This document shows, piece by piece, positions 9,393 through 19,149 of a stretch of DNA of 64,000 bases. The translations under genes and the position numbers were made by a program. The stretch spans positions 2,577 through 66,576 of the forward strand of contig DAOTYC010000060.1 of NCBI GenBank assembly GCA_034435095.1. The letters are read 5' to 3'. The DNA comes from Anaerolineae bacterium. Lineage in GTDB: Bacteria > Chloroflexota > Anaerolineae > DAOTYC01. The notes under the pieces were generated by a model that saw nothing but the letters and a program-made list of their open reading frames with translations, searched no databases and was not told the DNA's origin. The stretch's first letter is position 1. Each line of letters starts with the position of its first letter.

Positions 9393-10643
9393 GTGGAGAT
9401 TCTGTTCATCAGCCCGTTCGGGCTACGCCCCAAGTACACGGTGAGCGGACGCGCCCTACCTTTGGCGAGGGCTCTGGCGCGCCGCGGCCACCAGGTTCGT
9501 CTGCTGATCCCACCCTGGGACCGTCCGATAGACTCGGGGCGGCGCACTTTGGTGGACGGCGTTCAGGTGGAGCACATCGCGCTGCCTCCTCCACTGCCAG
9601 GAGTCAGGCACATTCTGATCGTATGGCGTTTGCTGCGACAGGCCATTTGCTCACATGCTGAGATAGTTCACGTCTTCAAACCCAAAGGATATTCAGGCGT
9701 TGTCGTCCTTGTGTTGTGGTATCTGAGACGATTGGGTATAATCCGTGCCCGTATGGTTGTGGATACCGACGACTGGGAAGGGTGCGGCGGCTGGAATGAA
9801 CGCGGCGGGTATCATCCCCTGGCACAGCGTGTCTTCGCCTGGCAGGAACGATGGGGGCTGGTTCGCTGTGATGGGGTTACTGCCGCAAGCCAGACCTTAC
9901 AGAGCCTGGCCTGGAGTCTTGGCGCGCGCCGGGTGTGCCATGTGCCCAACGGTTTACTCGAACCGGTGGTATTGCCGCCGAGCCGCGGTTTGAGAGCCAA
10001 AGGGCACGGGCCTGAGCTCCCAGCCGACACGAGCCTCACAGCGTTAATATACACCCGGTTTGTCGAGATTGCACCGGAGCATTTGGCGGCGATTGTGTCT
10101 GCTTTGCTGGAGCGGATAGCGGGCCTGGCCTGCCTGGTGCTGGGGTCAGGGCTGACCGATGAACTGGAGCGTTTCGAGCATTGTCTGACCAACGCTGGAC
10201 ACTTGGGGAGGCAGACGGCTCCCTCTCGCTCCGATACGTCGGGAGCAGCGCGCCGTGTGCAGGTGCTGGGGTGGGTTGAGGCGGCAGACTTGGCGCAGTA
10301 CTGGGCCTCAGCCGACATTGGCCTGTTCCCATGCGAGGATAACCTGCTGACCCGCGCGAAGTCTCCTTTGCGATTGGTGGAGATGATGGCCGCTGGCTTG
10401 CCGATTGTGGCCCATCGCGTGGGCGAAGTGGCGCGCTATCTCGAGGACGGTGTTTCCGGCCTGCTGGTGCCTGCGGGCGATGATGAAGGGTTCGTCAACA
10501 CTGTAGCCAAATTGGCCTCATCGCCAGAATTGCGCCGACGCTTGGGAACGCAGGCGCGTCAACGTGCGGAGCGTGATTTCAATTGGCGTCATCTGGCAGC
10601 GCAGGTGGAGGCCCTCTATCAACAAATCATCGCTCTTAGCTGA
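9393..10643 (+). CDS. GT4-family glycosyltransferase
   Basis: RAKSPLRLVEMMAAGLPIVAHRVGEV in the C-terminal GT-B domain. Confidence 0.8.
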   Translation: MEILFISPFGLRPKYTVSGRALPLARALARRGHQVRLLIPPWDRPIDSGRRTLVDGVQVEHIALPPPLPGVRHILIVWRLLRQAICSHAEIVHVFKPKGYSGVVVLVLWYLRRLGIIRARMVVDTDDWEGCGGWNERGGYHPLAQRVFAWQERWGLVRCDGVTAASQTLQSLAWSLGARRVCHVPNGLLEPVVLPPSRGLRAKGHGPELPADTSLTALIYTRFVEIAPEHLAAIVSALLERIAGLACLVLGSGLTDELERFEHCLTNAGHLGRQTAPSRSDTSGAARRVQVLGWVEAADLAQYWASADIGLFPCEDNLLTRAKSPLRLVEMMAAGLPIVAHRVGEVARYLEDGVSGLLVPAGDDEGFVNTVAKLASSPELRRRLGTQARQRAERDFNWRHLAAQVEALYQQIIALS

Positions 10644-10662
10644 GAAGTGGGAAGCAACGAGT

Positions 10663-11163
10663 ATGCCACACGAACGCAACCCGTGGAAACTGACAATCCG
10701 ATGTTGGCTGCCGGTCATCCTGTGGATGGCTTTCATTTTTGTCGTCTCATCTCAGCCCAAGGCCAGTATGCCACACCACCCCAATGGTCTGTTCGATTGG
10801 GGGATCAAGAAGTCGGCGCACATGATCGAATACGGGATTTTGGCAATGCTGGTCTGGCGGGCTATCAGCGGGAGCGCGGGCGCAACCATCAGACGGTCAC
10901 AGATCTGGCTTATTCCCCTGTTCTGTATAGCATACGCCGCCACGGACGAATATCACCAATCGTTTGTGCCGGGCAGGTCAAGCAGCGTCTGGGATATCCT
11001 CATTGATGGGCTGGGCGTCCTGTTGACTCTGGCCATCGTGTCATTGCTTCTCAAGCAACGAGCGCGGCGCCTATCAGGCTTCTTCTTCTACCCCTGGCTC
11101 ACTCGCTTCCTCGACGGGTTTTCGCCCCTCCGGCCGGTAGTACAGGACAATCTCCCCGAATAG
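10663..11163 (+). CDS. VanZ-like membrane protein
   Basis: Four TM helices and the DEYHQSFVPGRSSSVWDILIDGLG motif. The internal ATG ~10663 is preferred over the overlapping track start. Confidence 0.7.
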   Translation: MPHERNPWKLTIRCWLPVILWMAFIFVVSSQPKASMPHHPNGLFDWGIKKSAHMIEYGILAMLVWRAISGSAGATIRRSQIWLIPLFCIAYAATDEYHQSFVPGRSSSVWDILIDGLGVLLTLAIVSLLLKQRARRLSGFFFYPWLTRFLDGFSPLRPVVQDNLPE

Positions 11164-11850
11164 CTTTTCCTGACGGACCGACAGAAAACCGCTCTTGATC
11201 AATTCCAGCACAGCCAGGAAGGTGACAATCACCTCGATTCGCGTCTGGGCGGTGGCAATGAGTTCGTGAAAGGCCATCTGGCCCTTCCTGTCAAGGGCGA
11301 ATGTAATCTGGTCAACCTTGTCATGGATGGAGATGGTGATCGGCGGAATGACTTGAGACACAGGCGGTTCCGCCGGCTTGATCTGCAAGGCGCGCCTGAC
11401 CGCCTCAACAAGAGCGGCCAAAGACATGCCATCGGCGTCCAGCTCTCTGGCGCTCCCCGCCACCGACACCGCGCCGACCCTCACGTAAGCGCGCAGATTC
11501 TGTTTGCTTCGTTCTGCCAGAAAGGCGGCGACCTCTTTGAATCTCTTGTACTCGATCAGTTGACGGACTAAGTCTTCACCGACATCGCCCTCCTCGTCTT
11601 CTGGCGCAGTTCCCGACGGGACGGGAAGCAACAGGCGCGATTTAATCAGCAGCAGTTTGCTGGCTACCACGAGGAAATCGGCCAGGTTGGCAGCTCGTTT
11701 CTCTCCCAGGTGGCTGATGTACTCCAGGAATTGGTCGGTGACCTGCGCTAAGGAGACTGTGGTGATGTCCAACTCCTGTTTTTCAATTAGGTGAAGGAGA
11801 AGGTCTAGCGGCCCCTCAAAAACGGGTAGTCTGACTTCGTAGTTGATCAC
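11074..11850 (-). CDS. scpA: segregation and condensation protein A
   Basis: MINYEVRLPVFEGPLDLLLHLIEKQELDITTVSLAQVTDQFLEYI is a canonical ScpA N-terminus. Confidence 0.85.
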   Translation of the reverse strand: MINYEVRLPVFEGPLDLLLHLIEKQELDITTVSLAQVTDQFLEYISHLGEKRAANLADFLVVASKLLLIKSRLLLPVPSGTAPEDEEGDVGEDLVRQLIEYKRFKEVAAFLAERSKQNLRAYVRVGAVSVAGSARELDADGMSLAALVEAVRRALQIKPAEPPVSQVIPPITISIHDKVDQITFALDRKGQMAFHELIATAQTRIEVIVTFLAVLELIKSGFLSVRQEKLFGEIVLYYRPEGRKPVEEASEPGVEEEA

Positions 11851-11861
11851 GCCATTATCTT

Positions 11862-13973
11862 TCAGAGAGCCTGTTTGACTGCGTCCAATAGCCTATCGCG
11901 CCATCTTGCGCCGCTGTCCCATTGGTCGCCAGGGCAGGCCGTCGCGATCAATTCCTTGTGGCCCCTGATGCTCTCAATCGGCAAGCCGAGTTGCCGCGAC
12001 AGATGGGCCAGCAATCGCCCCGCGCTGGCCAACTGGGCATCCGTTGGGAGGTCACCCACGAAATTTCCGGCCAACGCGATACCCAACGATGTCTGATTTT
12101 CGCTCCTGGCGTGATACGAGACGGTTTCCAGACGATTGGTCTGATAGATCGTTCCGTCGGCCATCACCACGAAGTGATAGCCAATGCCGGGCCAGTCTCG
12201 TTCATTGACGTGATAGCGTGCGATGTCTACCGGGCCAACAGTTGGCGCAGCCGCTGTGTGGTGTATGATCGCCTGGCTGATTTCCTTCAACTCTCTGACA
12301 TCGTATGTCTTACTCTGGTGCTTGGGCAAGAGGTCAGTCACGTCTATGATAGTAAGGTGGACCACTTGCGTTCCAGAGTTCCGTTCAGCTAGCTGACCTG
12401 CAAGGTCAGCGACCTGTTGTTCGAGTGTTTGAATTCGCTGTTCCAGTGCAGCGATTTTCGACTGGGCCTCGCGAACTTCTTTGCCGATTGGCTTCAGCAC
12501 CACCTGACCCGGCCCGAGTTCCTCCATCGCCACGTTCTGAAAGTATTGGACGCGGACGCCGGCTTCGAGGTGCGCGTCGGTAATAGGCAGGCCGCACACC
12601 GCTGCCCCAAGTCCGCGGTAGAGAGCCAGAAACGGGTCCGCGACAGTGCAACCGGTTTCTTCAAAGTATACGCCAGCGGCGGTGGGCGCGGCTTCAACCC
12701 TCACTTCCTTGTCTAGCGTGGGCGACCCGCGAGACGAGAGCCAAATGGTGTCGTTTTCAATCAGGTCCCACTTAATCAGAAATGCGCCAGCGGCGGTGGG
12801 CGCGGAAACATAGACCTGACTCAGAGTTAGAGTCATGCCGGGACCTACGTCGGCCGGCAGGCGGGCGCGTGTCTCCTCGGCGGAATGAATCAATTCACCA
12901 TGCAGAGTATACCACCGGCAGCCGATTTTCACCCGGTCGGCGTGCCACGGCGCAGTACCGGCGTTTCTCAACTTGATTTTAACCGCTTGTCGTTCTCCAG
13001 CAATCCATTTATCTGGTGCGCTGTATTCCAGCCATTCGGCCCGGTAGGCGGGCACAGGCACAGCAGGCCTTGCCGGAACCAGGGGCGGGCGGGGAATGTT
13101 GCCAACGGCCCGCACTACCGGCCGGAATTCACCGGACTCCTTGCGCCAGACAAACTGTGCCCACTGTGGGTCGGGCGACGAGGCAATGAAGCAACAAGCC
13201 GACCCTAAATAAGGGTAGTTGAACAGCTCCTGGTAGAACGTCGTGTATTGGGCGGCCTGAATATCACCCGAGAGGTTCGGCGTACTGTTGCCAAACTCGG
13301 TGATCTCAATAATCTTGTTGGGGAACCTCTCGTGGTAGAGCTTAAAGCGCAGGCCCCACTCGCTCTTCAAATGGTTGTCGCCCTGCCAATAGATATGACA
13401 TCCCAACCAATCGGATGCTTGAATCGCCTGGCGGCAGATTTCCAGCCATTCCAGGTCGCGGTGGGGCCAGTGAGGTGCCAGGCCCGGAAAGCCTAGAAGA
13501 GCCCAGGGGCAGGCCTGCTTGATCAACCTGAACACCTGCAGATACCAGTCTCGAAAAGAGCGTGCCGCTTCGTCTGAACTGCCCCAGCCTTCGTACCCTT
13601 GATGATGGTTGGGCTCGTTCAGGATCTCAAACTTGGCCGTGAACAGACGCAACTCTTTGATGCGTGCGATGGCGGTGGTGGCAAAGGACTCGGGATCAGG
13701 GTGCGATGCGCCAACTCGTTCATCGTGGAGGCGAACAATAAATTCCAGGCCGGGATTCTCGGCCTTCACCCTCTCGAAAACGTGATTGCCGGTAAGGCTC
13801 AATACCTTGAGAGTTTCTATGCGCGCTTCTCTGATGACCAGATAGTCGCCTTCAGCAAAGGTGAAGTCATTGCGGGCATGTAGTCCGATCCGAACTGACC
13901 GATTGGCGGGCATGTGGTTTCTCCTTGGGCGACACAGTGAGCCGATAGCGCGTAGCCGGCTGACCCGTTTCAC
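11862..13973 (-). CDS. multidomain cell-wall hydrolase: GH-A clan TIM-barrel glycosidase domain, coiled coil, and Amidase_2 (N-acetylmuramoyl-L-alanine amidase/PGRP) domain
   Basis: The N-terminal domain has NEP (acid/base) and IIEITEFG (nucleophile) motifs. The middle region is coiled coil (KIAALEQRIQTLEQQVADLAGQL). The C-terminal domain has IIHHTAAAPTVGP...GYHFVV...SYHARSENQTSLGIALAGNF. Confidence 0.7.
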   Translation of the reverse strand: MKRVSRLRAIGSLCRPRRNHMPANRSVRIGLHARNDFTFAEGDYLVIREARIETLKVLSLTGNHVFERVKAENPGLEFIVRLHDERVGASHPDPESFATTAIARIKELRLFTAKFEILNEPNHHQGYEGWGSSDEAARSFRDWYLQVFRLIKQACPWALLGFPGLAPHWPHRDLEWLEICRQAIQASDWLGCHIYWQGDNHLKSEWGLRFKLYHERFPNKIIEITEFGNSTPNLSGDIQAAQYTTFYQELFNYPYLGSACCFIASSPDPQWAQFVWRKESGEFRPVVRAVGNIPRPPLVPARPAVPVPAYRAEWLEYSAPDKWIAGERQAVKIKLRNAGTAPWHADRVKIGCRWYTLHGELIHSAEETRARLPADVGPGMTLTLSQVYVSAPTAAGAFLIKWDLIENDTIWLSSRGSPTLDKEVRVEAAPTAAGVYFEETGCTVADPFLALYRGLGAAVCGLPITDAHLEAGVRVQYFQNVAMEELGPGQVVLKPIGKEVREAQSKIAALEQRIQTLEQQVADLAGQLAERNSGTQVVHLTIIDVTDLLPKHQSKTYDVRELKEISQAIIHHTAAAPTVGPVDIARYHVNERDWPGIGYHFVVMADGTIYQTNRLETVSYHARSENQTSLGIALAGNFVGDLPTDAQLASAGRLLAHLSRQLGLPIESIRGHKELIATACPGDQWDSGARWRDRLLDAVKQAL

Positions 13974-14054
13974 AACTCGGTTACCACCAGTGTATTATAG
14001 CGGCTATCAGAACACTGTCAAATAGGCCCGACAGCGTGGCAAGTTGAATTACCG

Positions 14055-14083
14055 TTGACCTTTTCACATCACGGTAGTATAAT
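14055..14083 (+). promoter_or_regulatory. sigma70-like promoter for the ppm-like/yfhO-wzx operon
   Basis: TTGACC-17 nt-TATAAT about 40 nt upstream of GGAGGAG-ATG. Confidence 0.45.
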
Positions 14084-14121
14084 CCCACTTGCGTCTGTTT
14101 GAGGAGGAGAATATCTCATCA

Positions 14122-14850
14122 ATGATGAAAATCATGGTAGTGATACCTACCTATAATGAGGCGACCAATCTCCCAGCCATCGTCGGCGAGCTGTGGTCAT
14201 TAGGATTGGATTCGCTCGAAGTGCTTGTCGTGGACGATGATTCACCTGATGGCACTGGACAGATCGCCGATGAGCTGGCTGAGCAATATCCGGAACGTTT
14301 CCACGTGATCCACCGACAGGGCAAGTTGGGCCTGGGGACCGCCTATCTGACGGGCTTTCGCTACGCGCTTGAGCATGGCGCTGACTACATAATTCAGATG
14401 GATGCCGATTTCTCCCATTCGCCCAGTTACATCCCGGCTATGTTGGAGAAATGCCAGGAATATGACGTTGTGGTCGGCTCGCGATACGTGCCCGGGGGGC
14501 AGTTGGACGAGAAGTGGAGCTTTTGGCGGCACTTCTTGAGCTGGTGGGCCAACAGCATCTACGCACGCTTGATTCTGAACCTGAAGGTGCGCGATGCCAC
14601 CGCCGGGTTCAAGTGTTGGCGGAGAGGTGTGTTGGAGGCCATTGATTTCGATCAAATCACATCCAACGGCTATGTCTTCCAGGTGGAAATGGCCTACGTA
14701 ACAGAAAAACTTGGCTTCCGCGTCTACGAGTTGCCCATCTACTTCGAGGACCGGCGGATTGGGCGGTCTAAGATGACGATTCCCGTAAAATTTGAAGCGG
14801 CCTGGCGCGTATGGGAGATACGTTGGAGGCACAGGAATCTCAAGCCTTGA
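14122..14850 (+). CDS. GT2 polyprenol-monophosphate sugar synthase (Ppm1/Dpm1-like)
   Basis: [26 protein letters not shown] and [13 protein letters not shown] ~14122 follows a GGAGGAG RBS. Confidence 0.85.
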   Translation: MMKIMVVIPTYNEATNLPAIVGELWSLGLDSLEVLVVDDDSPDGTGQIADELAEQYPERFHVIHRQGKLGLGTAYLTGFRYALEHGADYIIQMDADFSHSPSYIPAMLEKCQEYDVVVGSRYVPGGQLDEKWSFWRHFLSWWANSIYARLILNLKVRDATAGFKCWRRGVLEAIDFDQITSNGYVFQVEMAYVTEKLGFRVYELPIYFEDRRIGRSKMTIPVKFEAAWRVWEIRWRHRNLKP

Positions 14851-17800
14851 GAATCCGTAAGCTGTGGCCCGACCTGACCGCCATCGTTATGCTCTTTCTG
14901 TTGCCTTTGGCCCTTTTCTGGGCGGTCACCATCGGCCCGCGTACTCTCTTGCCTTTCGACAATCTGTTCACCATCGAACCGTGGCGTTCCTTTGCGGCAC
15001 AACTGGGCGTCAGCGTCCCTCACAATGAATTGCTGAGTGACCTCATCCTGGAAAACTACGTATGGAAGCAGTTCATCCGCGAGTCGCTGGCGAACCGCCA
15101 AATCCCCTTGTGGAACCCATATCTGTTCAGCGGTTTGCCATTCCTGGCTGCCGGACAGCATTCCGCACTCTATCCTCTGAGCGTTCTCTTCTACATCCTG
15201 CCACTGGCTAAAGCCTACGGCTGGTTCAGCGCCATACAGCTTTTCCTGGCTGGGCTGGCGATGTATGTCTTGGGGCGCGTGCTCGGCCTGAGCCGATTCG
15301 GCTCTCTACTGGCCGGGATTACCTACATGCTGAGCGCGTTCTTCGTGATCAGTGTGGTCTTTCCCATGGTTATCGCCGCGGCAGCGTGGTTGCCGCTGCT
15401 TCTGGCCGTTATCGAAATCGTCATCCGTAAACAAGAACAGAAAGGCCCCATCCGCTACTCCCCCATACCGTACATCATCGCCGGCGCGGTAGTCCTCGGC
15501 GTGCAGGTGCTGGCCGGTCACGTCGAGATCACCTATTACGTCTTGATGGTCTGCGGCTTCTATGGAATTTGGCGGCTGGTCGCCTTGTGGCGCAGCCAGC
15601 GCGCCCTGGGCCCGACAGTGCGGTTGGGCGGCTGGCTGCTCATTATGGTGGCCCTGGGCATGGGGCTCGGCGGAGTGCAATTCATCCCCCTCTTTGAGGT
15701 TGCCCAACACAATTTCCGCTTAGGCTCGGTGGGCTATCACGAGGTCATCGGCTGGGCCTTCCCCTGGCGACAGGCTGTAACTTTTTTGATCCCAGACTTT
15801 TACGGCAACCCAAGCCATCACGCCTACTGGGACATTGTGTCCTGGCGCTGGCAACCCGTGCTGCGTAATGCCTTGGGCCAGGCTGTTCACACCATCGCCT
15901 GGCTCAAGGAGCTGCCAACGTGGAAGAATTACGTCGAGGCTGCCAGCTACGTGGGCGTCTTGCCCCTGTTGCTGGGATTGGTGGCGCTCTTGGGGCGACG
16001 GACGCGCCATATCTGGCTGTTTGCCTGTCTGGCCATCGTTGCGCTCTTGTTTGCTTTCGGTACGCCGCTGTACGCCCTGTTGTTCTATCTGTTGCCCGGC
16101 TTCAATCAGTTGCATTCGCCGTTTCGTTGGGTGTACCCTTATACTTTGAGCGTGGCCGTGTTGGCCGGCTTCGGCGCCTCGTATCTGTCAAGGAGCGGGG
16201 TTTCGGATTCCGGAATCCGAAACCCCTCACAACGCATAGGCTGGCCGGCTTTCTGGGCCGGCGTGGCTGGCCTGTGTCTGTTGCTCATCGTACTGGCCTT
16301 CCCTGGCCCATTCATCGCCCTGGCGGACGCGGTCCTGGCCCATTCGGAACTGACGCAGCGCGCCTTTGAGAGCGGCCGCATGTTGCTGTCCTACCAGTGG
16401 CGCAATGCCCTCGTATTTGTCGTGTTCTTGATTTCGGCGGGCGCGGTGATACGCATTAGCCGCTGTCCCATCTATCTGCCGCGCCGTTTAGGTGGCTACG
16501 CCGTATGGAAGCCGCTCGCCGTCGTCATCCTGGCGCTGGATCTGATGGTTGCCTCGGCGGGCTTCAACCCGGCAACCGACCCCAAGTTGATGGAGTTCAA
16601 GCCGCCGGTCGCCGGGTTTTTGCAGCAAGATCCTGGCCTTTGGCGACTGACCGCCTTTGTCGCGCCCGGCGAAAAGACACTGATCGCCAATACCGGCATG
16701 TATTATGGCTTTCAAGACATCCGCGGCTACGATTCCATCTTCCCGCGCCAATACGCCGATTTTATGGGCACGATTGAAGAGCAGGATGAACTTCTTTTCA
16801 ACCGAATTGCTCCGCTGTCAGAATATGACTCTCTCGATTCACCGATGTTAGACCTGGCCAATGTCAAGTATGTCGTCACGACGCAGCATATACCGAACGC
16901 GGGCTATGAGCTGGTCTACGACAACGAGGTGCGCGTCTATCGAAACGAGGACGTGATGCCCAGAGCCTTTGCCCTGCCGGCCCGCGCCGCACAAGTACGG
17001 CCCGCAGGGGAAATCTTAAAGCTGCTGCCGGCGACCGACCCACGTCAGACGCTGGTGCTGGAGGCTGAACAGGTCGCGTCCAGCCCGCCGCCGTGGGGCG
17101 GTCCCGCGCCGGACGCGACCTGGCCGCTCACGCCGGCTACGGTGGCCGAGTACGGCGCGAACGAAGTCGTCATCCGCGTGGATATACCATCGGAGGGGTA
17201 TCTGGTTCTGGCCGACTCGTTCTTCCCCGGCTGGAAGGCATATCGGCGCGCGCCAGAGGCCAGCGCAAAAGAAGAAGATGAGCTCCCTCTCTATCGCGCC
17301 TACGGCAACTTCCGCGCCACGCCGCTGCCTGCTGGCGAACACATCGTCCGGTTCAAATACAGTCCGTTGTCGGTCAAGCTGGGGGCGTATGTCAGCTTCA
17401 TGTCGGCGATAATTCTGTTCCTGCTGGGTTGCGCCTGGGTGTGGGGGCGTTACTACCGCGAGAGTGAGGACGATTCGCCGGTCAAGCGCATCGCCAAGAA
17501 CAGCCTGACGCCGATGTCGCTTTCGTTGCTCAACAAAGTGATTGACATGGCGTTCGCCATGTTGATGTTGCGTATCCTGGCGCCGGAAAACGCTGGCCGC
17601 TATCAGTTTGCCGTGGCGTTCTTCACCTTCTTTGAGATTCTGGTGCGTTTCGGGTTCGGTACATTGCTCACCCGCGAAGCAGCCAAAGACCGTTCGCAGG
17701 CCAACCGCTACCTCAGCAACACCATTGTTCTCCGCTCGGGCCTGTGGCTGCTGTCGCTGCCGGTCATGGCCGGAGTGGTGTTCCTCTACATGCGCTACGG

Positions 17801-18950
17801 CGGCGTGACGGCAGACACCGCCACAGCCATCGGTTTGCTCGCCATCGCGCTTTGGTTCAGCGTCGTCGCCGACGCGCTGACCGCCGTGTTCTACGCTTAC
17901 GAGAAGATGGAGCATCCGGCCTCGCTGAGCACCATGACCACCGTCCTGCGTGTGCTGTTGGGCGCGCTGGTCATCCTGCCGCCGCTGAACTGGGGCTTTG
18001 TTGGACTGGCGGGGGTGGCTATCGTGACCAACGTTTTCAGCGTGATCGTCCTGTATTCGCTGCTGGCGCGCCTGTTCTTCCGCCCGCGCCTGGAATTCGA
18101 CCGCGCCCTGGGGCGTCAGATGTTCGCTGTCTCCTTCCCACTGATGATCAACCACCTGTTGCAGACCATCTTCTTCCGCATAGATGTGTGGATTTTGCAG
18201 CCAATGCACGGCGCGACGGTAGTGGGCTACTACGGCGCAGCCTACAAATATATAGACGGCCTGAACGTGGTCCCGTCTCTGTTCACCATGGCAATCTTCC
18301 CGTTGATGTCGCGCTTCGCCAGCGAATCACGGGCTTCGCTGTTGCGTGCCTATGTGCTCGCTCTGCGCCTGCTGTTCATGATCAGCATACCGGTTGCGGT
18401 GGTTACGCCGTTCATCGCCCGCGAGCTTATCCTTATCTTAGGCGGCGGCGAGTATCTGCCCGATTCGATGATCGCGCTGCAACTGCTCATCTTCTTCTTC
18501 CCGTTCAGTTGCATCAACCAGGTAACGCAATACGTGCTCATTGCCATTGATCAGCAGCGTTACCTGACCAGGGCGTTCCTGATCGGCGTGACGTTCAACG
18601 TGGTGATGAACCTCATCTTCATCCCGGCGTATAGCTACAAGGCGGCGGCGGTCATCACCATCTTCTCGGAGGTCGCGCTGATGATTCCCTTCTATTACTG
18701 CGTCAGGAAGAACCTGGGGGCGGTGCCGTGGTTCAGCCTGGTCTGGCGGCCGGCCCTGGCGTCGGGGGCAGCCGGGGCGATGCTGTGGCTGCTGCGCGAC
18801 GTCACACCGCTGTTGACTGTGCCGCTGGCCGCCGCAATCTATCTGGCGGGCATGGCGTTGCTGGGCGCCTTCCGTGAGCAGGACATGAACATCATCCTCG
18901 CGCAGTTACCGCTCGGACGGGTGAAGGCGAAGATTGCCGGACTGCGGTAG
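14811..18950 (+). CDS. fusion protein: N-terminal YfhO-family GT-C glycosyltransferase (~850 aa) and C-terminal Wzx/PST-family (MOP superfamily) flippase (~480 aa)
   Basis: Single 1379-aa ORF. The N-terminal region has the YfhO signature [21 protein letters not shown] and many TM helices. From ~aa 900 it reads [64 protein letters not shown], the canonical N-terminus of polysaccharide-biosynthesis (Wzx/RfbX/SpoVB) flippases, followed by ~12 TM helices. Confidence 0.7.
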   Translation: MGDTLEAQESQALRIRKLWPDLTAIVMLFLLPLALFWAVTIGPRTLLPFDNLFTIEPWRSFAAQLGVSVPHNELLSDLILENYVWKQFIRESLANRQIPLWNPYLFSGLPFLAAGQHSALYPLSVLFYILPLAKAYGWFSAIQLFLAGLAMYVLGRVLGLSRFGSLLAGITYMLSAFFVISVVFPMVIAAAAWLPLLLAVIEIVIRKQEQKGPIRYSPIPYIIAGAVVLGVQVLAGHVEITYYVLMVCGFYGIWRLVALWRSQRALGPTVRLGGWLLIMVALGMGLGGVQFIPLFEVAQHNFRLGSVGYHEVIGWAFPWRQAVTFLIPDFYGNPSHHAYWDIVSWRWQPVLRNALGQAVHTIAWLKELPTWKNYVEAASYVGVLPLLLGLVALLGRRTRHIWLFACLAIVALLFAFGTPLYALLFYLLPGFNQLHSPFRWVYPYTLSVAVLAGFGASYLSRSGVSDSGIRNPSQRIGWPAFWAGVAGLCLLLIVLAFPGPFIALADAVLAHSELTQRAFESGRMLLSYQWRNALVFVVFLISAGAVIRISRCPIYLPRRLGGYAVWKPLAVVILALDLMVASAGFNPATDPKLMEFKPPVAGFLQQDPGLWRLTAFVAPGEKTLIANTGMYYGFQDIRGYDSIFPRQYADFMGTIEEQDELLFNRIAPLSEYDSLDSPMLDLANVKYVVTTQHIPNAGYELVYDNEVRVYRNEDVMPRAFALPARAAQVRPAGEILKLLPATDPRQTLVLEAEQVASSPPPWGGPAPDATWPLTPATVAEYGANEVVIRVDIPSEGYLVLADSFFPGWKAYRRAPEASAKEEDELPLYRAYGNFRATPLPAGEHIVRFKYSPLSVKLGAYVSFMSAIILFLLGCAWVWGRYYRESEDDSPVKRIAKNSLTPMSLSLLNKVIDMAFAMLMLRILAPENAGRYQFAVAFFTFFEILVRFGFGTLLTREAAKDRSQANRYLSNTIVLRSGLWLLSLPVMAGVVFLYMRYGGVTADTATAIGLLAIALWFSVVADALTAVFYAYEKMEHPASLSTMTTVLRVLLGALVILPPLNWGFVGLAGVAIVTNVFSVIVLYSLLARLFFRPRLEFDRALGRQMFAVSFPLMINHLLQTIFFRIDVWILQPMHGATVVGYYGAAYKYIDGLNVVPSLFTMAIFPLMSRFASESRASLLRAYVLALRLLFMISIPVAVVTPFIARELILILGGGEYLPDSMIALQLLIFFFPFSCINQVTQYVLIAIDQQRYLTRAFLIGVTFNVVMNLIFIPAYSYKAAAVITIFSEVALMIPFYYCVRKNLGAVPWFSLVWRPALASGAAGAMLWLLRDVTPLLTVPLAAAIYLAGMALLGAFREQDMNIILAQLPLGRVKAKIAGLR

Positions 18951-19065
18951 GGTGCGCCTTGCGCCCAATCCTCGCCGGTTCTCCCGCACACGGGCCGGGC
19001 CGGTTGTTGGTAATAAGGCCGCAAGACTGAGACGTTGAAGCGCATTTAGTCATTGTGCCCTCAAT

Positions 19066-19094
19066 TTGCCTCTTCGCCGTTTATCATGTATGAT
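19066..19094 (+). promoter_or_regulatory. sigma70-like promoter
   Basis: TTGCCT-17 nt-TATGAT about 55 nt upstream of the 19150 start. Confidence 0.4.
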
Positions 19095-19149
19095 AGCTTC
19101 TTGCGCGCAGTGCTTCCCCGAGCTCTGTGACGAATAAGGAGGTTTTGGC

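Noticed and set aside
17016-18209. 397-aa minus-strand ORF
   Set aside because: It is antisense to the Wzx-like half of the YfhO-Wzx fusion. Its His/Arg/Gln-rich composition is an artefact of GC-rich antisense.
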